Source of the DNA: Felis catus
Taxonomy: Eukaryota
Direction: 5' to 3'
Length of the DNA: 64,000 nt
NCBI RefSeq assembly: GCF_018350175.1
Contig: NC_058369.1
Span: 15,316,001-15,380,000 of the forward strand
Below the pieces are notes generated by a model. It was not told where the DNA came from and ran no database searches. It saw nothing but the letters and a program-made list of their open reading frames with translations. Numbering within the stretch: the first letter of the stretch is position 1; every line of letters starts with the position of its first letter. Below are positions 38,714 to 50,908 of this stretch, piece after piece. The translations under genes and the position numbers were made by a program.

Positions 38714-41220
38714 GTGATTTCACAGCACTTTTAAGAAGAGTCTCAAAACCTGCTAGTTCCCTAGGTTTGGGATTCTGTGAACCTGTAAGATTTCTACAAA
38801 TTGGAGTTGGCCAAGGTGGGGGAGGGAGGCACTGCCAGCTGTTTGCCAGATGTAAGGACAGGACACGAGATAAGATGAAGTCCAGCTACTGCCACCGTAA
38901 TTGCCCCCAAAAGAAGGAAGGGTACATGAACTCAACAAAAGACCCCAGAGAAACAAAAATAGCCCTTTGGATTGAACAGCTGCATAGTATAAAACACTCC
39001 CCACATTGTCCCTGATCTGGTGGAGATGAGGGCGGGGGGCAGGATGAAGGAGAAGTCCTTGGGGGTCGTTGGGCTGCGTTCTCTAAATCCCCGTTCATCA
39101 AAAATCAGTGACGTGTAACACGCTTGTTTTCCAACGGGAACCAAACGGGGTTTGCTGGGTTGTTCTCAAGATGTTGATTTCATTTGGTTTATTTTTAAAA
39201 TTTCTTCTGGTTTTAAAAAATATTCATAGATCTGGTAAGGTTTTAAGCAGGCGCCCCCCCCCCCATAATTAGCATATCAAAACCTTCATATTTCATTCTA
39301 TTCAAACCTTTTGTCCTCACTGAGATTCGAATATTTCAAGCAAAGCACCTCTTCCAAAAGTATCTCAGCCTTGACAATTCAATCTAGAAGAAAAACACGA
39401 TGAAAGGACTGACATCCTAGTGACTCAGTAATGCAGAGGAAGGCTGAGTGTCACGTGCAGTCACCACTGGAACCTGTCAACTCAGAATTTTCCGTGGCAG
39501 GAAGGAATAGAATGGGATACGGAGACGATCTTCACATCATGTAACGCAGGTTTTTACCACATGGAAAGACACCAGCTCCCATGAGACCACATGTGGGTTT
39601 GCTTGGAAGTTAAATGGAACTTATTGATTATTGGAGAGCAAAAGCCGTGGGTCGTTTTCAGAGTTTATCATGCACTGGTTATGTGCTTGCAGGCATTTAA
39701 GAACCCCCCTCAATTGTTCCATAAATTAGAAAGCTTTCTAGAACATGCAGTTTCCCCAGAAGATTGATTACTAGTTTATTAATATATTGTTTTATGATAT
39801 GTGATTACTATATTCAAGGTTTTATACTTTTGTTACGGTGATGTGTCAAGACAGTACAGTATCAGCTAGTAGAGATAGCTATGGAGATGTTGAAACTTTT
39901 TAAATCCACTGGTATCAGTTAGGAAACACAGTTGCAAACAACCTAAAGTTACTCGGGTTAATTTCAGCCACAAAGGAATTGATCAGAAGAGGATCAGGTT
40001 ACTCACCTTTGGGTGGGAAGGCTGGAGACCCCGGCTTTGGCAGGAATCAGGGAGAAAAAGGGCAGGGCTGAGATTGTGCCCAGGAAAAGGTCCGACCCCT
40101 GTCAGTCCCAGAATCTCCGGTCTCTCCCTTCTAGTGCCCCTGTGCCTCTGGGTCCCCCCACAGTGTTCCGAGACTGTGATAGGTTACAATCAGTGTTTAG
40201 CTTGCACAGAGGGGGAGAGTGGGACTGGAAAAGCTTCCACAGTTGGTGGCGCTCACCATCTCGGATTGTCCCCAAGAAAGAAGAGCCTGTGGGTGCTGGG
40301 CAGCTAATGCAATAGAAATTCACCGTGCCACTGGGGAGAACAGTTGAGGAAGAGGCTTCGCAGTTAAATGAGGGCCGAGTAATGTACTAAGGACCAGAAT
40401 TTTTGCCCTGGCTGCAGTTAGCTAAGTGAGGATGGGCGGATTGCTAAGCCTCTGGAGGCCTCTGTGTCCTCATCTGTACAGAGAGGGAATTTTAGTCACA
40501 TCCTCGGCCCTATGACCCTATAACCAGAGACTTCTTTCCAGCAGTAAAATTTAAAAAATAAATGAGATAATAAAAGCAGGCAGAGTCGTAATAGGCATCT
40601 CTTCAAAGTTAGAGGATGGTAAGTGGACACTATGTGAAACCCGGACACGGGAGAGCTGCATTTAAGTACGTTGATGGCCAGGTGATCATTCCACAGCAGG
40701 TGTGGGAAGGCACGGACTTGCGGGGTGACCCAGGGAAGATCCTGGGGACTTGTATCCTCATCTGCGAGGTGGAGATACTACCACTGGACCTGCGCTGTTG
40801 TGAAGAGGGAATTCGGCATCGATCGTAGAAATGCCTGGCCCGTGGGAGGCTACTTGGAGGTTACTCCCCCCTGCCTGGTGGCCGGGGGCCTGGCCCTGCA
40901 GTGCCGCTTGCCCGCCTCTCCCTCCAGTGGAGGGAGTGACGTGGGAATTTAATGAGCACCTGTCCAGCACAAGGCACAGTCCTGGGCTCTGGGCCCGGCC
41001 ATGCGGGGGTTGTAAAGAAAGCCCAGGGAGTCTGAAGTTGAGTCACGGGGCTTACAGGCCGGCGTTCCCCTGTGCCCTGCCCTCCGGGAGCCTCCTGGGG
41101 GTTACAGCTGCCACTTCTGCAGTGCCAGACTTAGTAACTTGTTCTGCTGTTGCGTTTTCATTGCAACACGAAACGCAGATCACCATATAAAACAAGTATA
41201 TAGCTTATCCATTTATTTTA

Positions 41221-41457
41221 TTTATTTATTTATTTATTTTTAATTTTTTTTTTCAACGTTTATTTATTTTTTGGGACAGAGAGAGACAGAGCATGAACGG
41301 GGGAGGGGCAGAGAGAGAGGGAGACACAGAATCGGAAACAGGCTCCAGGCTCTGAGCCATCAGCCCAGAGCCCGACGCGGGGCTTGAACTCACGGACCGC
41401 GAGATCGTGACCTGGCTGAAGTCGGACGCTTAACCGACTGCGCCACCCAGGCGCCCC
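41221..41457 (-). mobile_element. Young feline-type Can-SINE (parent A of the duplication junction)
   Basis: TSD ttatccatttatttta at 41205-41220 and 41460-41475. Confidence 0.93.
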
Positions 41458-42820
41458 AATTATCCATTTATTTTAAAGCAGCCTCCTTTGGAGGTCAAGA
41501 TGCTGAATTTTGCCAGCACCCCAAAGACCTCCCCATACGCCCCTTCCCAATAATAAATGTCCTTCTCTGCCTCCCAAGTAGCCACTGCCCTGACTTTTAG
41601 GATAGGCACTTCCTCGCCGTTTTCCCTAGTTGTGTCATCCACGTGTGCCTCCCTGTACTCCCTCCCTTTAAAAAAAATGTGTTCAAATAAAAAAAAATTC
41701 TTACCCTCCCTTTAAAAAAAATGTGTTCAAATAAAAAACATGGTTTTCAGTTTATTTATTTATTTTGAGAGAGACAGAGACAGCACGAGGGGAGATGGGG
41801 GAAGAGAGAGGGAGAAAGAGAATCCCAAGCAGGCTCTGAGCTGTCAGCACAGAGCCTGATGTGGGGCTCCATCCCATGAGCCATGAGATCATGACTTGAG
41901 TCGAAACCAAGAGTCAGATGCTTAATGACTGAGCCACCCAGATGCCCCTCTCCCTTTTCTTTTCTTTAATTTTTTTTTTTAATTTTTAAGCGTGTATTCA
42001 TTTTTGAGAGACAGTGGGGGAGGGGCAGAGCGGGAGGGAGACCCAGAATCCGAAGCAGGCTCCAGGCTCCAAGCTGTCAACACAGAGCCCCATGCGGGGC
42101 TTGAACTCACAGACCGTGAGATCGTGACCTGGCTGAAGTCGGACGCTTAACCGACTGCGCCACCCAGGCGCCCCAATTATCCATTTATTTTAAAGCAGCC
42201 TCCTTTGGAGGTCAAGATGCTGAATTTTGCCAGCACCCCAAAGACCTCCCCATATGCCCCTTCCCAATAATAAATGTCCTTCTCTGCCTCCCAAGTAGCC
42301 ACTGCCCTGACTTTTAGGATAGGCACTTCCTCGCCATTTTCCCTAGTTGTGTCATCCACATGTGCCTCCCTGTACTCTGTGGTTTATTCTTACCCTCCCT
42401 TTAAAAAAAATGTGTTCAAATAAAAAACATGGTTTTCAGTTTATTTATTTATTTTGAGAGAGACAGAGACAGCACGAGGGGGAGATGGGTGAAGAGAGAG
42501 GGAGAAAGAGAATCCCAAGCAGGCTCTGAGCTGTCAGCACAGAGCCTGATGTGGGGCTCCATCCCATGAGCCATGAGATCATGACTTGAGCCGAAACCAA
42601 GAGTCAGATGCTTAATGACTGAGACACCCAGATGCCCCTCTCCCTTTTCTTTTCTTTTTTTTTTTTTTGATGCCTTTTTTTTTAAAATTTTTAAGTGTGT
42701 ATTCATTTTTGAGAGACAGTGGGGGAGGGGCAGAGCGGGAGGGAGACCCAGAATCCGAAGCAGGCTCCAGGCTCCGAGCTGTCAACACAGAGCCCCATGC
42801 GGGGCTTGAACTCACAGACC
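41399..42820. repeat. Direct tandem duplication: unit 1 at 41399-42115 (717 bp), unit 2 at 42116-42820 (705 bp). Each unit is a SINE head, an old L1M-like fragment, a full antisense SINE and a SINE 3' part.
   Basis: Near-identical sequence at offset 717; identical 60-aa spurious ORFs at 41460-41642 and 42177-42359. Confidence 0.95.
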
Positions 42821-42889
42821 ATGAGCCAAAGTCAGACCTGACGTGAGCCAAAGTCAGAAGCTTAACTGACTGAGCCACTCGGATGCCCC
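42675..42889 (-). mobile_element. Can-SINE (parent B of the duplication junction)
   Basis: TSD tgatgcctttt; distinctive gagacagtggggggaggggcagagcgggagggagaccc. Confidence 0.88.
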
Positions 42890-43240
42890 TGATGATGCCT
42901 TTTAAGTGTATTAATCTACAGGTTTGCCTCTTTATCCCTTTCTCTTTCTTATAATTTACCAGTTGAATAGCCAGGCTGTGTGGCCCATAGAGTTTCCTGG
43001 GTTTTGCTGATTGGACACTCATGGGGCAGTGTGACATGTCCCTGTGTCCTCTGGAGCCCCTGGCTCCTTTTATTACACCAAACACAATGTCTTCCATAGA
43101 GGAAGGAGCTCGGTGACCATTTTGTAATTGAAGTTGATGGGTACGTGGAATCTTTGGTACATGATTCATTCATAATTGAGATACCACATTCCATTTCCTA
43201 ATTTCCAGAGCCGCTGGTTACTTTGAAACAACTGACTTCT

Positions 43241-43480
43241 GGGGCGCCTGGGTGGCTCAGTCGGTTAAGCATCCGACTTCGGCTCAGGTCACGATGTCAT
43301 GGTCCGTGAGTTCGAGCCCCGCATCGGGCTCTGTGCTGACAGCTCAGAGCCTGGAGCCTGCTTCGGATTCTGTGTCTCCCTCTCTCTCTGCCCCTCCCCC
43401 GTTCATGCTCTGTCTCTCTCTGTCTCAAAAATAAGTAAACGTTAAAAAAAAAATTAAAAAAAAAAAAAAGAAAAAGGAAA
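43241..43480 (+). mobile_element. Can-SINE
   Basis: TSD aactgacttct. Confidence 0.92.
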
Positions 43481-43504
43481 AACTGACTTCTAGGAAAGCC
43501 TCAT

Positions 43505-43733
43505 TTTTTTTTTCTTTAAAAATTTTTTTTTAAGTTTATTTATCTTTGAGGGAGAGAAAGAATGAGCATGAGCAGGGGAGGGGCAAGAGAGAGGGGGGGA
43601 GAGAGAGAGAGAGAATCCCAAGCAGGCTCAGCACGGAGCCCGGGGCAGGGCTCGAACTCACGAGCCATGAGATCATGACCTGAGCTGAAATCAAGAGTCG
43701 GACGCTTAACCGACTTGGCCACCCAGGCGCCCC
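43505..43733 (-). mobile_element. Can-SINE
   Basis: Reverse-complement SINE, tail-to-tail with the previous one. Confidence 0.9.
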
Positions 43734-44287
43734 AGAGAACCTTGCTTTTAGATGGAGTATACACTGCAGTTCTAACCCACTTACTCGTTTTTCTCTCTCA
43801 TGCATCTTTAGGACTGTAGATCCAAGACCGAATCCTGGAATTCACCTTACTCTCTGGGTTATTCTAAAACTAGTCGTTTCGTGTCTCAAGCCTGTGTTGG
43901 CAGTAACAGAAACTCTTACGGGTTTCTAATACTTGCTTTTGAGCTTTCTCAAACCACGTGCACATACGTAGCTGTGCAAATTCGTGTTCCGTTTATGTCA
44001 GTCAGGAAAGGGAGAGGTGGGGAAACCGTTGTTTATCTGAAAGAGTCAGGAAACAGGCCCTTTCCATCGGGTCAGTATTCCAGCCAGTGGAGCGTTCATC
44101 TGTGCCCGTGATGTGCATGGTTAATCAGTTCCTGAAGCATCCTTATCCAACTAGATAGATGCACACTACACGTGGCCTATAATTGAACTTTGCTTTGATG
44201 AGTCAAGATCTTATACTTCCTCAAGCCATCACCATCAGTGATTTTTAGACACCCCAGAAGTCACATTTAAAGATGAATCTGGTATCA

Positions 44288-44512
44288 GGGGCACCTGGGT
44301 GGCTCAGTCGGTTAAGCATCCAACTTCGGCTCGGGTCATGACCTGCCTCATGGTTCGTGAGTTTGAGCCCCGCGTCGGGCTCTGCTGACAGCTCCGGGCC
44401 TGGAGCCTGCTTCGGATTCTGTGTCTCCCTCTCTCTCTCTCCCCCTCCCCCACTCACACTCTGTCCCTCTCTCACTCTGTCTCTCAAAAATAAACATTAA
44501 AAAAATTTTTTT
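44288..44512 (+). mobile_element. Can-SINE
   Basis: Head, CT tract, A tail; TSD-like ttaaagat..atct..tatca. Confidence 0.9.
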
Positions 44513-45179
44513 AAAGATACATCTTATATCAATTTTTTTTTTTTTTTGGCGGTCTTTTGTAACTTTCTCTTCGATTAGAACGCTTGCTGCGTTACAGTCA
44601 CGGGATTGAGGCCTCTTGAGATCCCTAAGAGAGGAAAAGGAAGTGACACCAATGAAGTTGAAAGGCCGCCGAAGGGCCCCTTGAAGAGCCAGGCTCATGG
44701 TGCCAAGCCCCTGGGAGGATAAGGCCACGTGTGCATTATCGGCCGCATGGCCACTGGGACGGGTCTCCTGAAAGCAGAGAGCCTTGGCTATTCCAGATTG
44801 TTAGAGACGGGCTTCCTCTTTACTCTCGGGGGGAGGGGGAACAGAGGAAAGGGGGCTGGTCTCTATATCACCTTGACAGGAGGCCCATATCTCAGTTAAT
44901 GCATATTTTTCATGGATTCAAAGGGTCCACTACCCACCAGGAGCTGTGGGTGCTGCGTACCCGGTGGTGAACCCAAACGAGCCCGGTCCTTGCTCTCTGG
45001 GAGCTTACAATCCAGAGGAATAAGCAAGCAGACCAAAGAAGAGATGGGCGATGAGGGAAGTGGAATAAGGAGAAATGAAGGGGTGCTTTAGACAGGGCGG
45101 CTGGGCCAGGCCGGAGCATTGCCCATACCCAGGCCGTAGGGCAGGCTGGGTGGTTTTTGAGAAACTGAAAGCATGTCCC

Positions 45180-45394
45180 TTTTTTTTTTTTTTTTAAGTT
45201 TATTTATTTTGAGAGAGATAGAGAGAGTGGGGAAGGGGCAGAGACAGAGAGGGAGAGAGAGAGAATCACAAGCAGGCTCCACGCTGTCCGTGCAGAGCCT
45301 GATGCAGAGGTCAGACTCACGAAACTGTGAGACCACGAACCTGAGCCCAAACCGAGAGTCGGATGCTCACGCGACTGATCCACCCAGGTGCCCC
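45180..45394 (-). mobile_element. Can-SINE
   Basis: TSD ctgaaagca(t/c)gtccctt. Confidence 0.9.
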
Positions 45395-47229
45395 TGAAAG
45401 CACGTCCCTTTAGTTGAAACATAATGAACAGTCGGAGCCGGAGTTCTGCCACCTTCTCAAATGTTCGCTCTTTATGCGTAACTTGATGCGGAACCATTAA
45501 GTATTTTAGATTTCCCCTGGAAACCACCCCCCCCCCACCCCCGGCTATGATCACAAGAAGTTGGAATGTATGTATGCCATTTGAACATGGCTGATTTGCT
45601 CCTGATTCTACTTAAAACAAGCAGCTCTAGGTGCCCTTGATCGTGTCCCGGGATATTGGGCACGTGTTCCTAGTACAAGAGAGTGTCATCAGCATCCTGT
45701 AGTGTCCCAAGCACAGATCACCGGGAACTCTCAAGTTCTAAAACTTACCTTATTACACTTTTTCTGTATCTTCTTTATCAGCTATTTGGTTTTCACGGAT
45801 CTCCTTTCCACATTACCAGGTGGGCGTTAAAATACACACAGTTTCTGCTTGATTACATTTCATTATTAAAAGGTATTTTTTTTCATCTTTCACGAGGAAC
45901 AGTCCAGAAACGGGAGAAGCCTAGGAGCGGTCGTTGGAAACGACCTCCAAACACCAGCAGGGTGGCTGGGTCTCGGCGTTGAGGATCGTGCTGAGTGTCC
46001 CATCATCACTAGGTTCATTGGTGGCAGAAAGGAAGGGGGCCTGCCTCTATTAAGCCTTTGCGCGCTTGTCGTGTTCGAAGGACAGCTTGAACTCACCGAG
46101 GCTTTCCGGTGCTCTCCCCCTTCCGTGTGGCACGCACATGTCTGACTTCGGTTTTCATGTCAGTGTAGCCCTCTATTCCTCTTTCGCCTTCTTGTCACTC
46201 GAGACTGATGGCCCTGCCGCAGGAAGGCTCACCATGTCGCTGAGCAGCCAGTAAGCCCTGTTCCAGAACAGCACTCGCTGTTCCTTGCGCCCTGCTGCGG
46301 GCACACACCCTGTCGCCCCACACGCGGTAGGATTTGCTCGTCGCCAGCTTTCGTTCCTTCACCTGCTCCATTTTCCATTACCTGTCTGCTTTCAGATTCC
46401 CCTTCACTCTCCCTGTCTGTCCTTTTTGGAGCCTTTCTTTCCTCACTCACTCCTGTGACGTTCCTTCTGCTCAGGGGGTTCATCCACCCACCTCTTCCCG
46501 TATCTCTCCCTGTTTCTCACTCCGCTCCTTCTCTTCCCGTCCTTCCCACAATTTTTCTGCTTCCTTGCCTCATCTCCAGGACCCATGTCTCACCTTCCGT
46601 GATGCTAATTGCATCTGGCATTGAACTTTGATCAGTTACCCGACTACCAGCAGCAGGCTGCGTGCGTGCATTGTTTAGGCTTCACGGTAGAGACCCAGGC
46701 ACGTTCTGCTTTGCATGTGCGCGGGCCCCCAGCGCCTAGCTGGGGTCCCGGTGTAGAGGGGTGGGTGGCTAATACATTGTGGTGGAGTAGAGAAACGAAC
46801 GAAAGCATGGCTGGCCAGCTCGATGGGGTCCATTACATACAGTTTCTGGCTCAGAAGAAATGTCTGGATCTTGAAGCCTCCAGACTCTATCACATAGATG
46901 ACACAGGATGGGTAGCCAGATGACGGGTATAGGAAATGCCCTGTGTTGTTTATCGCATGACTGAGTGCGAATCTCTGTGCTGGAGGGGAAAGAATGTTAG
47001 TAAGTGTGGGTTGTAGTTCTGGCTCGTTTGCTCCTACAGCCTCTCGTCAGAAAGTATAAGCTCTCTGAGCGTAAGTTCGTTGATTTGAAAGTGAGCTACC
47101 CTACCCCCGAGTATGTGGGAAGAGATGTGTAGAGGCACCGTATGAATCACAAAACACTGGACAAGTAAAGCATTGTTGTGTTGCCTTTATTAATCGTAAT
47201 ACAATTAAGAATTTAAACTTGGACTCTTT

Positions 47230-47361
47230 GCGGCACTTGTGTGTTTCAGCCGATTAGACGTCTGTTGATTTCAGCTCAGGTCATGTTTTCACAGTTTGTG
47301 AGTTCGAGCCCTGTGCCAGGCTCTGCACTGATGGTGTGGAGCCTGCTTGGGATTCTCTCTG

Positions 47362-47404
<43 letters not shown>

Positions 47405-47684
47405 TCCTCTCAAAAATAAATACACATTTAAAAATAAAATAAAGGGGCGCCTGGGTGGCTCAGTCGGTTAAGCGGCTGACTTCGGCTCAGGTCATGATCT
47501 CGTGGTCTGTGAGTTCTAGCCCCACATCGGGCTCTGTGCTGGCAGCTAGGAGCCTGGAGCCTGCTTCGGATTCTGTGTCTCCCTCTCTCTGACCCTCCCC
47601 GTTCATGCTCTGTCTCTCCCGATCTCAAAAATAAATAAACGTTAAGAAAAAAAAAATTAAAAATAAAATAAAAATAAAATAAAG
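47230..47684 (+). mobile_element. Two tandem Can-SINEs (~47230-47443 and 47444-47684)
   Basis: Two heads, CT tracts and A-rich tails; outer TSD-like aa(c/g)tt(g/a)gactctt. Confidence 0.88.
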
Positions 47685-47889
47685 TTAGACTCTTCACAAT
47701 GTAAGTATGTGATTTGCTTTTAAACCCATCTGTTGAAGGAATGTGTCTCATCATCAAACGCTGAGGGACAGCATGTAGTTGAAGCCATAGAGAGTAACTT
47801 ATAGAAAAGCCTCCCTTTTATAGGCATTTAGGAGTAAAAGTAGACAGAACAAATAACAGTGAAAATAGATACGCACTTCTTTAAAAAAA

Positions 47890-48327
47890 ATTTTTTTTAA
47901 TGTTTATTTTTGAGAGAGAGACAGAGTGTGAGCTGGGGGGGAGGGGGGCGGCAGAGAGAGAGGGAGACACAGAATCCGAAGCAGGCTCCAGGCTCTGAGC
48001 TGTCAGCACAGAACCCACTGCAGGGCTCGAACCCATGAATCATGAGATCATGACCTGAGCCAAAGTTGGATGATTGACTGAGCCACCCAGGCGCCCCTAT
48101 TTATTTATTTTTAATGTTTAGATTTGAGAGAGAGAGGGAGAGAGAGAGAGAGAGAGAGAGAGCCAGCAGGGGAGAGGCAGAGAGAGAGGGAGACACAGAA
48201 TCGGAAGCAGGCTCCAGGCTCCCAGCTGTCAGCACAGAGCCCGACGCGGGGTTCGAACTCACGGACTGCGAGATCATGACCTGAGCCGAAGTTGGACGCT
48301 CAGCCGACTGAGCCACCCAGACGCCCC
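47890..48327 (-). mobile_element. Two tandem Can-SINEs (~47890-48097 and ~48100-48327) within one TSD pair
   Basis: Outer TSD tagatac(g/a)cacttct. Confidence 0.88.
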
Positions 48328-48815
48328 TAGATACACACTTCTAATAGCAAATATTTACACAAATCAGTGTGATGGTTTCCTTTATGCTGATACTTTTAAT
48401 GCAGAGATGTAATATATAGTGTTCTATTTCTGATACAGGTGAGTTGTAGAATGCCCATCCCCATGAGCTGCTTATCTTAGAGTTTCAGAATTCACAAACT
48501 TGAACTTGTTTTGCGTACTTCCCAGACGGTGGGAGAGAAAAACGCACTCACTACATTCATCAAAGATGTTAGTTAAGGTCTTTCTTCCTTAATTCCCTTC
48601 CTTCCTTGAAACCTTGGTCCCCTCCGAATAGAGAAAGCGGTCAAACCCATCTCACCGCATTGAGTCGTGCTGAGTGCGTCTGTTTCCGACCCTCGCCGAC
48701 CTCCTCGAGCTCCTCGGATTGGCAGGTGGGCAAGAAGGGCCCTGCATCCGGGGCCTCTGTTGGTGTCGCGCTTTTCCTGCCTCAGCCAGACCCCCCCATC
48801 GTGTGCTGTCTCTGA

Positions 48816-48968
<153 letters not shown>

Positions 48969-49204
48969 TAGCGTCCCCATCCATCAAAGCTCCCAGATGC
49001 CCTTCTGCGGTCTCAGAAGCCGCTGAGCCCATCAGCGGCTCGGGACAGCGCCACGGCCCTGTCGCGTGGAGAAACACTGCCGGGCGTACGCGGAATCCCA
49101 GGCTTCGTGGTGGCCGCATTTTTAAAGCGCAAAGAAACAGAAACGGACTCTGATCACATGCTTCTACTTGACCCACTGTGTGCCGAAAATTCTCACTTTA
49201 GGAT

Positions 49205-49365
49205 GCGACCAGTAACACGTGTCTTGAGGGATTAAGTTTGCATTCTGGTTTTGGTCCAAAGTCTTTGAGATCTGTGCTCTCACACTTTCAGTAATACTGG
49301 CCACTTCCCAGGTGCCCCGTGGCCTCATACTGCTAGTGGCCACCCTCCTGGACAGCGCAGATATA
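49205..49365. mobile_element. MER3/MER33-like hAT MITE fragment
   Basis: ctggccacttcccaggtgc...ctagtggccaccctcctggacagcgcagat. Confidence 0.5.
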
Positions 49366-50600
49366 CAGAGCTTTCTGCGGGTCCACGAGCTCCCGGAAAT
49401 GACGCGTGCCATGTCGTGTGGGCATTTTCCCGAGCAGCGGGCCCAGGGCTCCAAGGGGTTCATGTCACAAAGCAGGTTAAAAGCCGACAGAGCCAAGGTT
49501 ACCGCCATCTCGGAACTGGGCACCCTCGAAGCTGGTAAGGACTGGGGCTTACCCAGGGTTCCAGAGAGCTGGCCTGTGCGGAAATGCTGCTCAAAGGTCA
49601 CTACTCAGGGCCCACATACTCTGGAAGGTGTCCCTCAAACCTCTTCCTCGTGGTCCCTACAGACTAGATAGTTGTCATGTTGTCGTGTCTCACCTGGTGC
49701 GTTCTGTGTTTGTTTTTCAATTCTGATGTCTCTTTCCTGCTCAAGGCTTTTGTGCTCTTTCCTTTAGCTCCAAACTCATCCCTCACCTTAGGCCAGATCT
49801 GGAGGAGGGGACAGCAGCCAAGACGCAAAATTGACCTGCCTTTCTAGAGTCTTCCTACCGGCAGCCATAGTGGTGTCCCCGGGGTGGAGCTCACGCTGCC
49901 CTGTGCCATCTCCCCCACGGAAGTGGTCCTCCTCCCCCCAGTGGCAGACATGAGAAGCCCCCTGTAAGAGAGCCAGGACTTGGAAAAACAAATCCTGAAA
50001 CGACCAAATCCTCTTAGCACTCTTCAGAGAAGGTGGTCAGATTTCTGAATTTCAGTCCAGCTGCCACTTTTGTTCCAGCTCTCAGGGCCATCTCATTTGA
50101 GGGTCCCGTGCATTCGACTGGGTCTGGTCCCCGTGTCGAAGGCCTTTGCTCCTCAGCCAGGGTGAAGGCCGTGGGCCTCTGAGCCGTTCGGCCGCCTTAC
50201 GTGGGACGTCTTCCGTATTCTCTCCCTTTCCCAGCATTTTTTTATGAAAATGTTTCTGTCTCCATTCCTGGGCCCACCTAAAAATGAGATGTCTCAGGGG
50301 AGGGGACAGGCCTGGCTCCATAGGTGACACCTGACTGGCACTCAGGCCATAGTGTCGACTTGCATGTCATGGGCGTGCAGTGAGCACATTTGAAGGATCG
50401 TGTAAAGGGGGGGGGGGCATCTGTCCCCTCTAGGTCATACAATTTGCATTCAGTTGATGCCTAATGTATGCCTCTTCCTTAAAAGGCATTTAAGCAGCCC
50501 TGGGAGCACTCAGTCATGAGCTCAGCTGTCCTTTCTTTCCTTCTTCAAAATGGTATTAGCCTCAGTGACTGTTTTTTTTGAGTAGAAAAGTAGATGCCTC

Positions 50601-50800
50601 GGGGCGCCTGGGTGGCTCAGTCGGTTAAGCAGGTGACTTCGCCTCACGTCATGATCTCACGGTTCGTGGGTTCGAGCCCCGTGTCGGGCTCTGTGCTGAC
50701 AGCTCAGGGCCTGAAGCCGCTTCAGATTCTGTGTGTGTGTCACTCTCTCTGCCCCTCCCCTACTTGTGCTTTCCCTCTCTCTCTCAAAAATAAGCAAACA

Positions 50801-50844
<44 letters not shown>

Positions 50845-50908
50845 ATACCCCAACTAATCAGATCATAAAATGGGCATAGGACTTAAATAGATTAGGAAAA
50901 AAAAAAAA
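50601..50908 (+). mobile_element. Can-SINE with (TAAA)n tail, an extra 49-nt segment and a second A run
   Basis: TSD-like agatgcct at 50592-50599 and 50908-50915. Confidence 0.88.
50803..50846. repeat. (TAAA)n tetranucleotide microsatellite (SINE tail)
   Basis: Read directly, about 11 units. Confidence 0.95.

Noticed and set aside
41460..42359. Two identical 60-aa ORFs suggesting a duplicated small gene
   Set aside because: They begin at a GTG codon in decayed L1M-like sequence and are identical only because of the recent tandem duplication.
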